DNA from: an uncultured SAR86 cluster bacterium
Lineage (GTDB): Bacteria; Pseudomonadota; Gammaproteobacteria; Magnimaribacterales; D2472
DNA: 64,000 bases
Assembly (NCBI GenBank): GCA_902558395.1
Contig: CACEDS010000002.1
Span: 9,662 to 73,661 of the forward strand
Direction of reading: 5' to 3'
In this document: in pieces, positions 1 to 8,579 of the stretch
Layout of the letters: each line of letters opens with the position of its first letter
Numbering within the stretch: position 1 is the first letter of the stretch
Notes under the pieces: model-generated
Seen by the model: the letters and a program-made list of their open reading frames with translations, nothing else
Database searches by the model: none
Told to the model about the DNA's origin: nothing
Position numbers and translations under genes: made by a program

Positions 1-780
1 ATCAGATGCATAACCTAAAATAACTGCAATAATGTATGGAATCCTTATTATTGGTTTTACTGATCTGTTCATTTTAGTTCTTGAAAAATGAACTAATTCA
101 TTCATTGTCATATCAGGCTTATCAATGTAGTTATATAAATGGTATCCCTCTTTAAAATCAAGAGAATGCTTTATAAAACCTGCAACATTAGAGACATAAG
201 CCATTGACTTTTTATTTTTTCCATCTCCGATCATTGGAAAATATTTTTTATTGATTTGATTTAAAAAATTAAAAACATTACCTCTATTATTTTCTCCAAA
301 AACAACCGTAGGTCTTATTATTGTTAAGCTACCATCATTCGCTTTCTGCCATTTTTTATAAATATCTTCTGCCTCAAGTTTAGTTCTTCCATAATCATTA
401 AATGGTTTAGTAATACCATGTTCATCGGTGTTTCTTGGTGCAAAGCCATAGACAGCCACTGAACTAATAAAGATAATTTTTTTTATGCCTTTTGATAAAG
501 CTACGTTACATACATTTCTTGAGCCTTCTACATTTACTTGATCATATAGTGACTTTGGTCTTACATCATCTCTATGCACTGCAGCTAGATTAATGATAAC
601 GTCACCTGATATTTTTGTTTGAAGCTGTTCTAAATTAGTTACATCACAATATTCAGTTTTAGATTTATATTTGGGATTAATATTGACATCAAGTATTTTG
701 AATTCAATAGCCTCATCTTCTAATAGTTTGCATAATGCATTACCTATAAATCCAGAGCCACCAATAATATCTATATTCAT
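1..780 (-). CDS. gnu: NAD-dependent epimerase, Gnu-like (GlcNAc-PP-undecaprenol 4-epimerase family); 3' end outside window
   Basis: Not in ORF track. Manual translation from ATG at 780 is open to position 1: MNIDIIGGSGFIG (Rossmann), LAAVHRDDVRPKSLY, FISSVAVYG, YGRTK (YxxxK), IIRPTVVFGENNRGNV, KSMAYVSN, YNYIDKPD. Confidence 0.8.
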   Translation of the reverse strand, partial: MNIDIIGGSGFIGNALCKLLEDEAIEFKILDVNINPKYKSKTEYCDVTNLEQLQTKISGDVIINLAAVHRDDVRPKSLYDQVNVEGSRNVCNVALSKGIKKIIFISSVAVYGFAPRNTDEHGITKPFNDYGRTKLEAEDIYKKWQKANDGSLTIIRPTVVFGENNRGNVFNFLNQINKKYFPMIGDGKNKKSMAYVSNVAGFIKHSLDFKEGYHLYNYIDKPDMTMNELVHFSRTKMNRSVKPIIRIPYIIAVILGYASD

Positions 781-785
781 ATATA

Positions 786-1334
786 TTAAATACTAAGAAG
801 TTTAATTATCTTTGCAGGGGCACCTGCAATTATAACGTTGTTTGGAAACGATTTTGTTACCACTGAGCCAGCTGCTACAACTGTATTGTCGCCAATATTT
901 ACACCTTTTAAAATTACAACCCTACTTCCTATCCAAACATTGTTACCAATGATTATTGGACTTGTTAAGTTTTCTTGTTTATTGAAACTTTTTTCCGGGC
1001 TCGTGCCATGATCACTGTCAACAAAATGTGCATTAGGTGCGATCATTGTATTTTTACCAATTTTAATTCTTTCTGAAGAAATAATAATAGAGTTGTTTCC
1101 TATTGTAACGTTTTCACCTATTTCTATATGTGCATTTGGGTTTGCACATCCAACTATAGAGTTCCTTTTAAAATATATATTATTTTTGAGTAAAATATTT
1201 TTCTTATATCTATATAAATAAGCTCCAAACTCAAAGTAAATATTTTTTTTAAAGTTTTTATAAATTATCAATCTTGTTAAGTTCCATAATCTATCAAGGT
1301 GAGTAGGTTTATTGTGCTTTCTAAATTGGCTCAT
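786..1334 (-). CDS. Hexapeptide-repeat (left-handed beta-helix) O-acyltransferase
   Basis: [60 protein letters not shown]. Confidence 0.88.
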   Translation of the reverse strand: MSQFRKHNKPTHLDRLWNLTRLIIYKNFKKNIYFEFGAYLYRYKKNILLKNNIYFKRNSIVGCANPNAHIEIGENVTIGNNSIIISSERIKIGKNTMIAPNAHFVDSDHGTSPEKSFNKQENLTSPIIIGNNVWIGSRVVILKGVNIGDNTVVAAGSVVTKSFPNNVIIAGAPAKIIKLLSI

Positions 1335-1335
1335 T

Positions 1336-2136
1336 TTAAAAAAATTTATTTTTTGAATAATTGGAATGTGTAACTCTAGCTATATATTTTTTCATAAATC
1401 CTTTTCCATGAGGAAAATTTATTCTTTTTGGGATAAGTTCAAAATTAATTAATTGAGAATGTTGCAATGCTTTAATAGATTCATAAGCCCCAATAGATCT
1501 ATAATTTGGATCGTTTAATGTTCTTTTTGTCCATACATCGTCAATGAACATAGCGCCACCTTTAGAAAGACATGCTAGAGAATTCATGATATCCATTGCA
1601 ACTACAGGATATCCATGTGCGCCATCAACCCATATTAAATCAAATTTTTTATTAGAATTAAATTGAAGTTCCAATGAGTTCTTTTGTATAAAATTAACAT
1701 TTTGACATGAACTTAGAAGAGCATCTCTGTCTTTAATAAAAATAGATCTTTTTTCCTTGCTGTTCCTGTCATATGTTTCGGAAAAAATAGGGTCATCATC
1801 GGGTAAATCATATGTTGTAATGTCTGAATTAGGGAATAAAACTGACAATAATTTTGTGCATGAGGCTGTATATGTTCCTATTTCTAATATTGTTTTTGTA
1901 TTATTTAAAAGGCTTATGGCTGCAAATAATCGATGATGTTCGCTTATTAAAACTTTTGTATTTGGGTGGTCAGTATATAGGGTATCTAGAACTTTTTTTG
2001 CTGCTTCTCTATCATATCCAAGCTTTTTATAGAGACTATATTGTTTTTCTTCAATTTTTTTTAAATCATAGGAGCTTTTAAGAAGAGCAAGTTTTAAATT
2101 GTTGTGAAGTCTAGTATAAATCTTTTTTAGCATCAT
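1336..2136 (-). CDS. Class I SAM-dependent methyltransferase (Methyltransf_24-like)
   Basis: ILEIGTYTA motif I; [12 protein letters not shown]; GGAMFIDD. Confidence 0.82.
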   Translation of the reverse strand: MMLKKIYTRLHNNLKLALLKSSYDLKKIEEKQYSLYKKLGYDREAAKKVLDTLYTDHPNTKVLISEHHRLFAAISLLNNTKTILEIGTYTASCTKLLSVLFPNSDITTYDLPDDDPIFSETYDRNSKEKRSIFIKDRDALLSSCQNVNFIQKNSLELQFNSNKKFDLIWVDGAHGYPVVAMDIMNSLACLSKGGAMFIDDVWTKRTLNDPNYRSIGAYESIKALQHSQLINFELIPKRINFPHGKGFMKKYIARVTHSNYSKNKFF

Positions 2137-2169
2137 TATATTTAAAAACCTATTTTTATGATTTATGCC

Positions 2170-2847
2170 TCATACCAACGCACGCAATTTTGAGATATGT
2201 GAGACGGCTGTTGAGTGATTGAAACGATATGGAGAATCAAGCAAAGCAAGTGCCTTATTGTAATCTTCTTTAGTATCTATAGCTAAAGCTGAAAGCTTTT
2301 CTTCATTGCTTAACCAATGAATATTATATTCATTTAAATTCTGATAAAAAAATTTTGTTATATGCTCTTTTTGAAATAGGCTCATTTTTTTATAAGCATC
2401 ATTTATTGAGGCATATGAAACAAGTTCTACGCTAAATCCTGGAATATGACTTTTATTTACATTAGAAATTAAATCTATTTCTGGCATTTTTTTAATAAGT
2501 CTACTTGCATAATTAATTTTTTCATAATCAAAAAAGACATTATCTCCATTAACTCTATTTATCCATTTAGCGCCTTGAATATTTGCTGCTCCTATAAATC
2601 TTCCAGCAACATCTTCAACACTACCTCTATAAGTTCGGATATTATGACTTGCAGCAATTTTTTCTAATTCATCATCTTCATCTAGATCGGTCGTTGCTAA
2701 AATTATATTTGGCCAATTATCTAAATTTCTTGCACGATTTAAAATAAAATCTAAAACCGTCTTGTCTCCAAATCTTTTAATTGCTTTATGCGGCAATCTG
2801 CTACTTCCCAAACGGGCCAAAATAACTGAACAAATAGTATGTTGCAT
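2170..2847 (-). CDS. Cytidylyltransferase, SpsF/PseF/KdsB-like
   Basis: ILARLGSSRLPHKAI, IILATT..EDDEL, YRGSVEDVAGRF, RVNGDN, LAIDTKEDY. Confidence 0.85.
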   Translation of the reverse strand: MQHTICSVILARLGSSRLPHKAIKRFGDKTVLDFILNRARNLDNWPNIILATTDLDEDDELEKIAASHNIRTYRGSVEDVAGRFIGAANIQGAKWINRVNGDNVFFDYEKINYASRLIKKMPEIDLISNVNKSHIPGFSVELVSYASINDAYKKMSLFQKEHITKFFYQNLNEYNIHWLSNEEKLSALAIDTKEDYNKALALLDSPYRFNHSTAVSHISKLRALV

Positions 2848-2848
2848 T

Positions 2849-3655
2849 TTAATTAATAGTATCCAAATATAAATTGATCTTATTCTGAAATTCTTCTCTT
2901 TTTTTATTATTAATTTTCATGCTGAAATGATGTTTAGATTTTGTATAAAGTTTGTGTAATAAAAATCTAATAATATAAAAAGGATTTACACCAAATTCTC
3001 TAAGTGATTGTATATTGCCTTTAAAGATATTTATAAAATTTTTAGAACTTTGTCCTCCGGATGTCATGCACACTACTGGTGAATTAATAATAAGATTTTT
3101 TCTATTCTTTTTTAGAAGATTTTTAAAAAATCCATAATCAGCAGAAATGTATGATTCTAGATTAAATCTAGTATCGTCAATAAGATTACGACTCATGAAT
3201 GTTGAAAAATGAGGCAATTGAAAATGAGCAGGTATCGAATACAAATTCGATGGCATGGACCAATATCGTTCAATTTCATTGTTTTGATTTACATAAAATA
3301 GCTCAAAAACTATTAGCTCATAGTTATTCTCCATAAAGCTTTTATATGCAATGCTAAATACATCATTTGATATCAAGAAATCGTCTGATCCAATCATAAA
3401 TATTAGATCGCCATTAGCTAAATCTATGCCTTTATTGAGAGCATCAAAAATCCCATTATCTTTTTCATGAATAACTAAATTGCATTTATCACGAAGGTAT
3501 TCAAGAGTATCTTCAAAAAAAATTTTATCTGAACCTCCATCCATAACAATAATTTCATATTTATCTCTGTCAAAATTTTGTGATAGGATGCTTTTGACGG
3601 TTCGTACTATTCTTTTATCATTATACGAGGGAATAATTATGGAAATTTGTATCAT
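2849..3655 (-). CDS. Glycosyltransferase family 2 (WcaE-like)
   Basis: ISIIIPSYN, IIVMDGGS, HEKDNGIFDALNKGI, FMIGSDD, YISADY, MTSGGQS. Confidence 0.88.
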   Translation of the reverse strand: MIQISIIIPSYNDKRIVRTVKSILSQNFDRDKYEIIVMDGGSDKIFFEDTLEYLRDKCNLVIHEKDNGIFDALNKGIDLANGDLIFMIGSDDFLISNDVFSIAYKSFMENNYELIVFELFYVNQNNEIERYWSMPSNLYSIPAHFQLPHFSTFMSRNLIDDTRFNLESYISADYGFFKNLLKKNRKNLIINSPVVCMTSGGQSSKNFINIFKGNIQSLREFGVNPFYIIRFLLHKLYTKSKHHFSMKINNKKREEFQNKINLYLDTIN

Positions 3656-4596
3656 AATTTGCTCATTTTATAATGATTATACTGCTCTTCTAGGCTGCAA
3701 AGATGCTCATAAGATCTTTTTTTTATTTTTTTATAATATCCCTTTAAATCTTTAGTATAACTGTCCTCATCGAATACTCTTGGTACATTCATTAATTCAA
3801 ACATTTGTTTATAGTTACTTTTAATCTTGTAATTAAAATGGTTAGCAACTTTCATGACTTCGGGTAAAGGGTCTTGAACTAGGTCTTCAAAGAAAATATT
3901 TATTGCATTAGATTGGTCATTGCTAAAAAAATCTTCATAGTATTTACTCACTACTAAATAGCATCTCTCTTCTGGGCAACTATCAAACCATTTCTCCTTG
4001 TAGCTATAAGCAAAGCCAGGGATATTCATACCTTTATAGTTAAAATAATATTTGCCCATCCTGTCTAATTCGTCATACCTTGAACCTCTTCCAGTCTCGC
4101 ACCATTCAAGGAAAACCCTTTTTGGATTCCTGATTGTGTTGATATTTATAAAATTGAAACCTTTTTTATTTAGCTCTTTTTGAATATTAAGTTTTAGATC
4201 TGTTGTAAAACAAGGTATAAATTTTGAAGATGACCATGAATAAGTAAAATCTTGCCAAGATTGTGAGTTATCATTTCGTTTATTTCTTATATCTAATTCT
4301 TTTTGTGAAGAGAGTTTTAAAAATGAACTTTGGTCTAATTCTTTTAAATTGATACCCCTCCCTATATAGCTGTACCATGAATAAATTTTAAAATAGTTTG
4401 CTAAAAGTGTGGCTGTTGCTTGTAAATTAATATCACCAGAGTCATGTGCATCCAATATCCAATCTGGGAAAGGCTCATTTGATGGCACATCAATATTTTC
4501 AACACTTGAGACAACATACCAGGTAATTGCTTTTCCAGATCTTGATATACCATTTAACAATATAATTGGACTATTTAAATTATTTATATTAGTCAT
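3652..4596 (-). CDS. Putative sulfotransferase (P-loop NTPase fold)
   Basis: N-terminal LNGISRSGK resembles the 5'-PSB loop; TIRNPKRV resembles the 3'-PB motif; FFEDLVQDP near the C-terminus. Confidence 0.6.
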   Translation of the reverse strand: MTNINNLNSPIILLNGISRSGKAITWYVVSSVENIDVPSNEPFPDWILDAHDSGDINLQATATLLANYFKIYSWYSYIGRGINLKELDQSSFLKLSSQKELDIRNKRNDNSQSWQDFTYSWSSSKFIPCFTTDLKLNIQKELNKKGFNFININTIRNPKRVFLEWCETGRGSRYDELDRMGKYYFNYKGMNIPGFAYSYKEKWFDSCPEERCYLVVSKYYEDFFSNDQSNAINIFFEDLVQDPLPEVMKVANHFNYKIKSNYKQMFELMNVPRVFDEDSYTKDLKGYYKKIKKRSYEHLCSLEEQYNHYKMSKL

Positions 4597-4603
4597 TTAA
4601 GAG

Positions 4604-5305
4604 TTAATATAATATGTAAGAAATCAGGGAACTAATCAAATAAATTATACCCCCAAGCGTACCAACTAAATATATGAAGTTTCTAATAAAACTACTCTGT
4701 TTATGATTATTTTCTTTATGATTTTCTTGAGTACTATTGAAATCTTCTTTTGCTATAACTGCAACTGCAATAGCCAAATTATCTGAATGGGAGATGCTAA
4801 TCGAAAAATTTTTAAACGACGGAATATCATTTTCATATTTTATTTCAATACTATTCCAGTTTCTAATACTTATATTTTTAGCTTTATAAATGGCTTCTTT
4901 TGCTGCAAATATTCCAGTTAAGGTTTCTTTTGGATTATCTTTTGATTCAGCATAGCTAATCTCCCTAACCGTAAAAATATTAAGCAAATCATCATCGTTC
5001 TTTGAAAAATTAGTTTTGTCTTTTAGAAATTCATTAACACTTTGTATATCAATCCCAATTAATAAGTTAGATTTTGATTTATCTGATGTAAAAAAATATG
5101 GATTAATATTTGAATTTATTCCTGCTTGCCAAAATGAATTATTCGATAAATCAGGTACTTCAATATTATTTTCATCACACCATGCAGCAATTCTAGATTT
5201 TTGAGCTGAGGTCAAGGAAATTGAATTAACTTCATAAATATCAACATCTGTGAGTTTTAAAATAAAACTTCTTAATAAATCTATATTTTCTATTCTAGTA
5301 TCCAT
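4604..5305 (-). CDS. acpS: Holo-ACP synthase (AcpS-type PPTase) with N-terminal ACP-like domain and C-terminal hydrophobic helix
   Basis: LIGIDIQ, FTVREISY, GIFAAKEAIYKA, SISISHS; start placed at ATG 5305, overlapping the upstream stop (track start 5344). Confidence 0.8.
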   Translation of the reverse strand: MDTRIENIDLLRSFILKLTDVDIYEVNSISLTSAQKSRIAAWCDENNIEVPDLSNNSFWQAGINSNINPYFFTSDKSKSNLLIGIDIQSVNEFLKDKTNFSKNDDDLLNIFTVREISYAESKDNPKETLTGIFAAKEAIYKAKNISIRNWNSIEIKYENDIPSFKNFSISISHSDNLAIAVAVIAKEDFNSTQENHKENNHKQSSFIRNFIYLVGTLGGIIYLISSLISYILY

Positions 5306-6569
5306 TAAAACAGTTCTCACAAATATTGGACTCTCCACCATCAAATTTAGTTATCTTTATAAAACCTATGCTGCCATGAGCCTTTAATTCACTTGCACTT
5401 ATTTCGCATTTATCACACTTCATATATTTAATCCTGTCCTCATTAAAAAAATGAGATTCAACATTTGTTTTTAATTTTTGTAAAAACTTTGAAACGTACA
5501 GCCCTGAAGAAATTTTATGATCAAATCCAACATATATATCATATGTAAATGAATTTCTTTTAATTATGCCAATTATAGAAGATTGGTTGCTACTTACTAA
5601 AGGTAACATGTAGGTTGCACCCACATTTGAAAGATCAGATATAGTAAAAGTTGTTGAAGTTAATAACTTTTCGTTAATTGTTTGATTAGATTCGAATAGA
5701 TCAAGCAATTCAATTATTTTATTTTGAACTTCTTTTAGTGTTAATTTGTCCGAATTCTCTATGGATAGTACTTTTAAATTTGAATCATTATCAAAACTAA
5801 AACCAGCATTGACTTGGTCATAAGCACCATATTGTTTTTCGTTAAGATAAAATGAGTTTAACTCTGGAAAATCAACTAATAGCTTTGATGCCTCAAATGT
5901 CACTATGTCAGAAATAGACTCTTTAAACATATATGGCACTGAGTAAGATCTAGTTGGAAGACATTTTATCTCTATACCAATTACTGATTGAGTTGATATA
6001 TTTCCATTAGATGTAAGATTATTTATTTCAGCCCTTTTTCTTAATGTGAAATTTTTTTCATCATAGCTAACTGTTGGTAAGTCTGAAATATTTTTGTTAT
6101 GTGGAGGTTTATATAACTTTTTTGAAGATATCGAAATTGCATCTTCGTGATTTTGGCTATCTTTAGAAATAAATTTTTTTACATCCTCTAAAGTTACCAT
6201 TTTTTTCTCTGAATAAAAGTTTGTTATTTGTTTTTTATCTAACAAAGCTTTTGCATCTTTATTAATAATGTATTTATCTAAATTAGAAAGATTATCATTT
6301 GTATCTTCTGAATTATTTATTTCGGATTCTTTAGCTCCTATTTTGTCTAATACTTCAAATAGGCAACTTCCAATAGATATTTCATCCCCTTCTTGAACAT
6401 GTAGATTAATATATCCACTTTTAGGTGTTTCAATAGCGATTGCTGTTTTTGATGTTTCTAGGTCCAGAATTAACTTGTTTTTTTCAGCTTTTTCATTGTT
6501 AGTTACATAAATTTTTTCAACTATAACAAATTCATCATTAACATTATCTTTTGGCACATAAACTTTCAT
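5295..6569 (-). CDS. 2-oxoacid dehydrogenase E2-like protein (lipoyl domain + acyltransferase domain + C-terminal 4-Cys tail)
   Basis: Lipoyl motif LETSK41TAIAIETPKSG; TFTISDLS and GFDHKISSG match the E2 catalytic domain; tail CDKC...CENC. Confidence 0.82.
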   Translation of the reverse strand: MKVYVPKDNVNDEFVIVEKIYVTNNEKAEKNKLILDLETSKTAIAIETPKSGYINLHVQEGDEISIGSCLFEVLDKIGAKESEINNSEDTNDNLSNLDKYIINKDAKALLDKKQITNFYSEKKMVTLEDVKKFISKDSQNHEDAISISSKKLYKPPHNKNISDLPTVSYDEKNFTLRKRAEINNLTSNGNISTQSVIGIEIKCLPTRSYSVPYMFKESISDIVTFEASKLLVDFPELNSFYLNEKQYGAYDQVNAGFSFDNDSNLKVLSIENSDKLTLKEVQNKIIELLDLFESNQTINEKLLTSTTFTISDLSNVGATYMLPLVSSNQSSIIGIIKRNSFTYDIYVGFDHKISSGLYVSKFLQKLKTNVESHFFNEDRIKYMKCDKCEISASELKAHGSIGFIKITKFDGGESNICENCFNGY

Positions 6570-6574
6570 TTTTT

Positions 6575-8572
6575 CTAGATTGATTCAGATTTGAGCTTAT
6601 TTAAATTTTCTATTATATACTCAATTGTTGGCAGTGAATTATCCTCTAATGATCTTATTGATGGAATTGGATAAGGCATTGCTCCAATTTTTATAAAATT
6701 TATGTCGTTATAATAAGCTATGATTTCGGAAATAAGCTCAGACCCTAAGCCAAAGCTAGTTGATCCATCTTCGATAATCGCTAGATTTCTGGTTTTATTA
6801 AAAAGTCTCAAAATTGGATTGAGGTTGTATGGGTTTATACAAGTTAAACATGCCACTTGAATTATAAAACCTGTTTCTTGAAAAATTTCAACAAATCCGT
6901 CAACAACTTCTCTAGCAGTTCCCCCATAGGTTATGACAGTTAAGTTTGGATCCATTTCTTTGGGTTTAAGTATTATAGGTCCATAGCTTCCTCCAATTTG
7001 TTGAATTGATAAAAAGTCATTTTCTTGAAACAGTTTTTTTCCATAATCGACTTTGTTTTCTAAAATAATTGCTGGGCAATCTAATGTTCTTAAATCCTTC
7101 ATCATTTTTGATGGGTCAATTAATGAAGTAACAGCAAACATAGCGACATTATCTATACCGGCAAAAAACTTTTCCAGTGATTGAGAATGAGTTGGACCAT
7201 AACCTCTTTTACCACCCATTGGGGTTCTAATTCTAACTGGAGCAGAGCATTGAAAAGCATACATATGGTAAAACTTTGAAGCATTACTTAATATCTGATC
7301 GAATGAATAAGACAAAAAATCTCCAAACATAATTTCTACAAAACTTTTATTACCCATCATCGACAGTCCTATTCCTAGTCCAGTTATTGCAGCTTCACTA
7401 ATAGGTGTCCCGATAACTTTTTTAGGGTAAAGTTCAGACAATCCTTTTGAAACTTTAAAAGCACCACCATATGGATCTAATATATCTTCACCAATAAAAT
7501 ATGAACCATTTTCAATTTCATTTTTGTAAGCATCGTTCAGGACATTTATTAATCTTAGGTCTGGATTATGCACATCTTTAGATTTTGCAGAAATTTTTCG
7601 TGGGAGCTGGTCATGGAAATATTCATCTTTTTGAAGATAAGATGGCTGCGAATTATTGATATACCTAGCTACCTTGGTCTTAATATTTTCAAAATTTTTA
7701 TTAAGCAAATTAGTTTTCTTTAAAATATTCAATGAATCATATTCTTTAAAAAATTCTATTTCTTTTTTATCTCTATCGTCATCAGATTTAGAATGAGCAT
7801 TAAGTCTATATGTTTTAATATCTATAAAGCATGGTTTCTGCTTATGTTTTGAGTACTCAATTGCTTCTTGGCATGTTTTGAAGAGATGGTCTAAATCCCA
7901 TGTGTTTGTTGAATAAAACTCTAGATCGAATGCTTTTGCTCTAAGCTCAATTGATCCAGATAATGCGCGAAATTGTTCAGTTGATTGTGAGTAAAGATTA
8001 TTTTCCAGTACAAAAATATGGGGTAAGGAAAATATGCTTGCAAGATTCATAGATTCATAAACAAGACCTTCTCCTAGCGTGCCTTCACCCAGAAAGGATA
8101 CACACACATTATTGCTATAGTTATCTTTTAAGTGCTTAGCAATTCCACATCCAACGGGTACAAGTGCTGCTTGAGGACCATTGGAGAGAAAACCTTCAGC
8201 AAATAAATGTTGGCTGCTTCCAATACCTTTACACACCCCTGACTTAAATCCTCTTAATTCATCTATAAGAGCCTCCCACTTCATAGTTTTTGAGATAAAA
8301 TGCCCATGACATCTATGATTGGATGTTACCCAATCATTTTTATCTAAAGCTCTTGAAATAGCCACCCCAGTAAATTCCTGTCCAACACATGTGTGCACAG
8401 TTCCATTCATGTCACCCTGATTGAAAAGATTTAAAAAAGAATTTTCAACCTCTCTTATTAAAATTGCAGTCTCAATATCAGATAAATAGTTCTTTATAAT
8501 TGAATTATTATCATAGCTTTGAGAAGCCAATGACTTAAAATGCTCAAGATGTTGAGTGTTTTTCATGAACAT
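6575..8572 (-). CDS. ThDP-dependent 2-oxoacid dehydrogenase E1, alpha/beta fusion
   Basis: Alpha: GTVHTCVGQE, SNHRCHGH, GEGTLGEG...ENN, TYRLNAHS. Beta: IGEDI.DPYGGAFKVSKGL, TPISEAAI, EIMFGDF, YGPTHSQS. Confidence 0.9.
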   Translation of the reverse strand: MFMKNTQHLEHFKSLASQSYDNNSIIKNYLSDIETAILIREVENSFLNLFNQGDMNGTVHTCVGQEFTGVAISRALDKNDWVTSNHRCHGHFISKTMKWEALIDELRGFKSGVCKGIGSSQHLFAEGFLSNGPQAALVPVGCGIAKHLKDNYSNNVCVSFLGEGTLGEGLVYESMNLASIFSLPHIFVLENNLYSQSTEQFRALSGSIELRAKAFDLEFYSTNTWDLDHLFKTCQEAIEYSKHKQKPCFIDIKTYRLNAHSKSDDDRDKKEIEFFKEYDSLNILKKTNLLNKNFENIKTKVARYINNSQPSYLQKDEYFHDQLPRKISAKSKDVHNPDLRLINVLNDAYKNEIENGSYFIGEDILDPYGGAFKVSKGLSELYPKKVIGTPISEAAITGLGIGLSMMGNKSFVEIMFGDFLSYSFDQILSNASKFYHMYAFQCSAPVRIRTPMGGKRGYGPTHSQSLEKFFAGIDNVAMFAVTSLIDPSKMMKDLRTLDCPAIILENKVDYGKKLFQENDFLSIQQIGGSYGPIILKPKEMDPNLTVITYGGTAREVVDGFVEIFQETGFIIQVACLTCINPYNLNPILRLFNKTRNLAIIEDGSTSFGLGSELISEIIAYYNDINFIKIGAMPYPIPSIRSLEDNSLPTIEYIIENLNKLKSESI

Positions 8573-8579
8573 ATTTTAG

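Noticed and set aside
3710-3735. Poly-T/poly-A tracts in island genes as phase-variation switches
   Set aside because: Runs of 8-9 are common throughout this AT-rich sequence, and all frames are intact
6575-8572. Calling the E1/E2 genes the housekeeping pyruvate dehydrogenase
   Set aside because: Gammaproteobacterial PDH is normally AceE/AceF type; these genes are divergent, lack E3, are coupled to an ACP-AcpS and lie inside a glycan island
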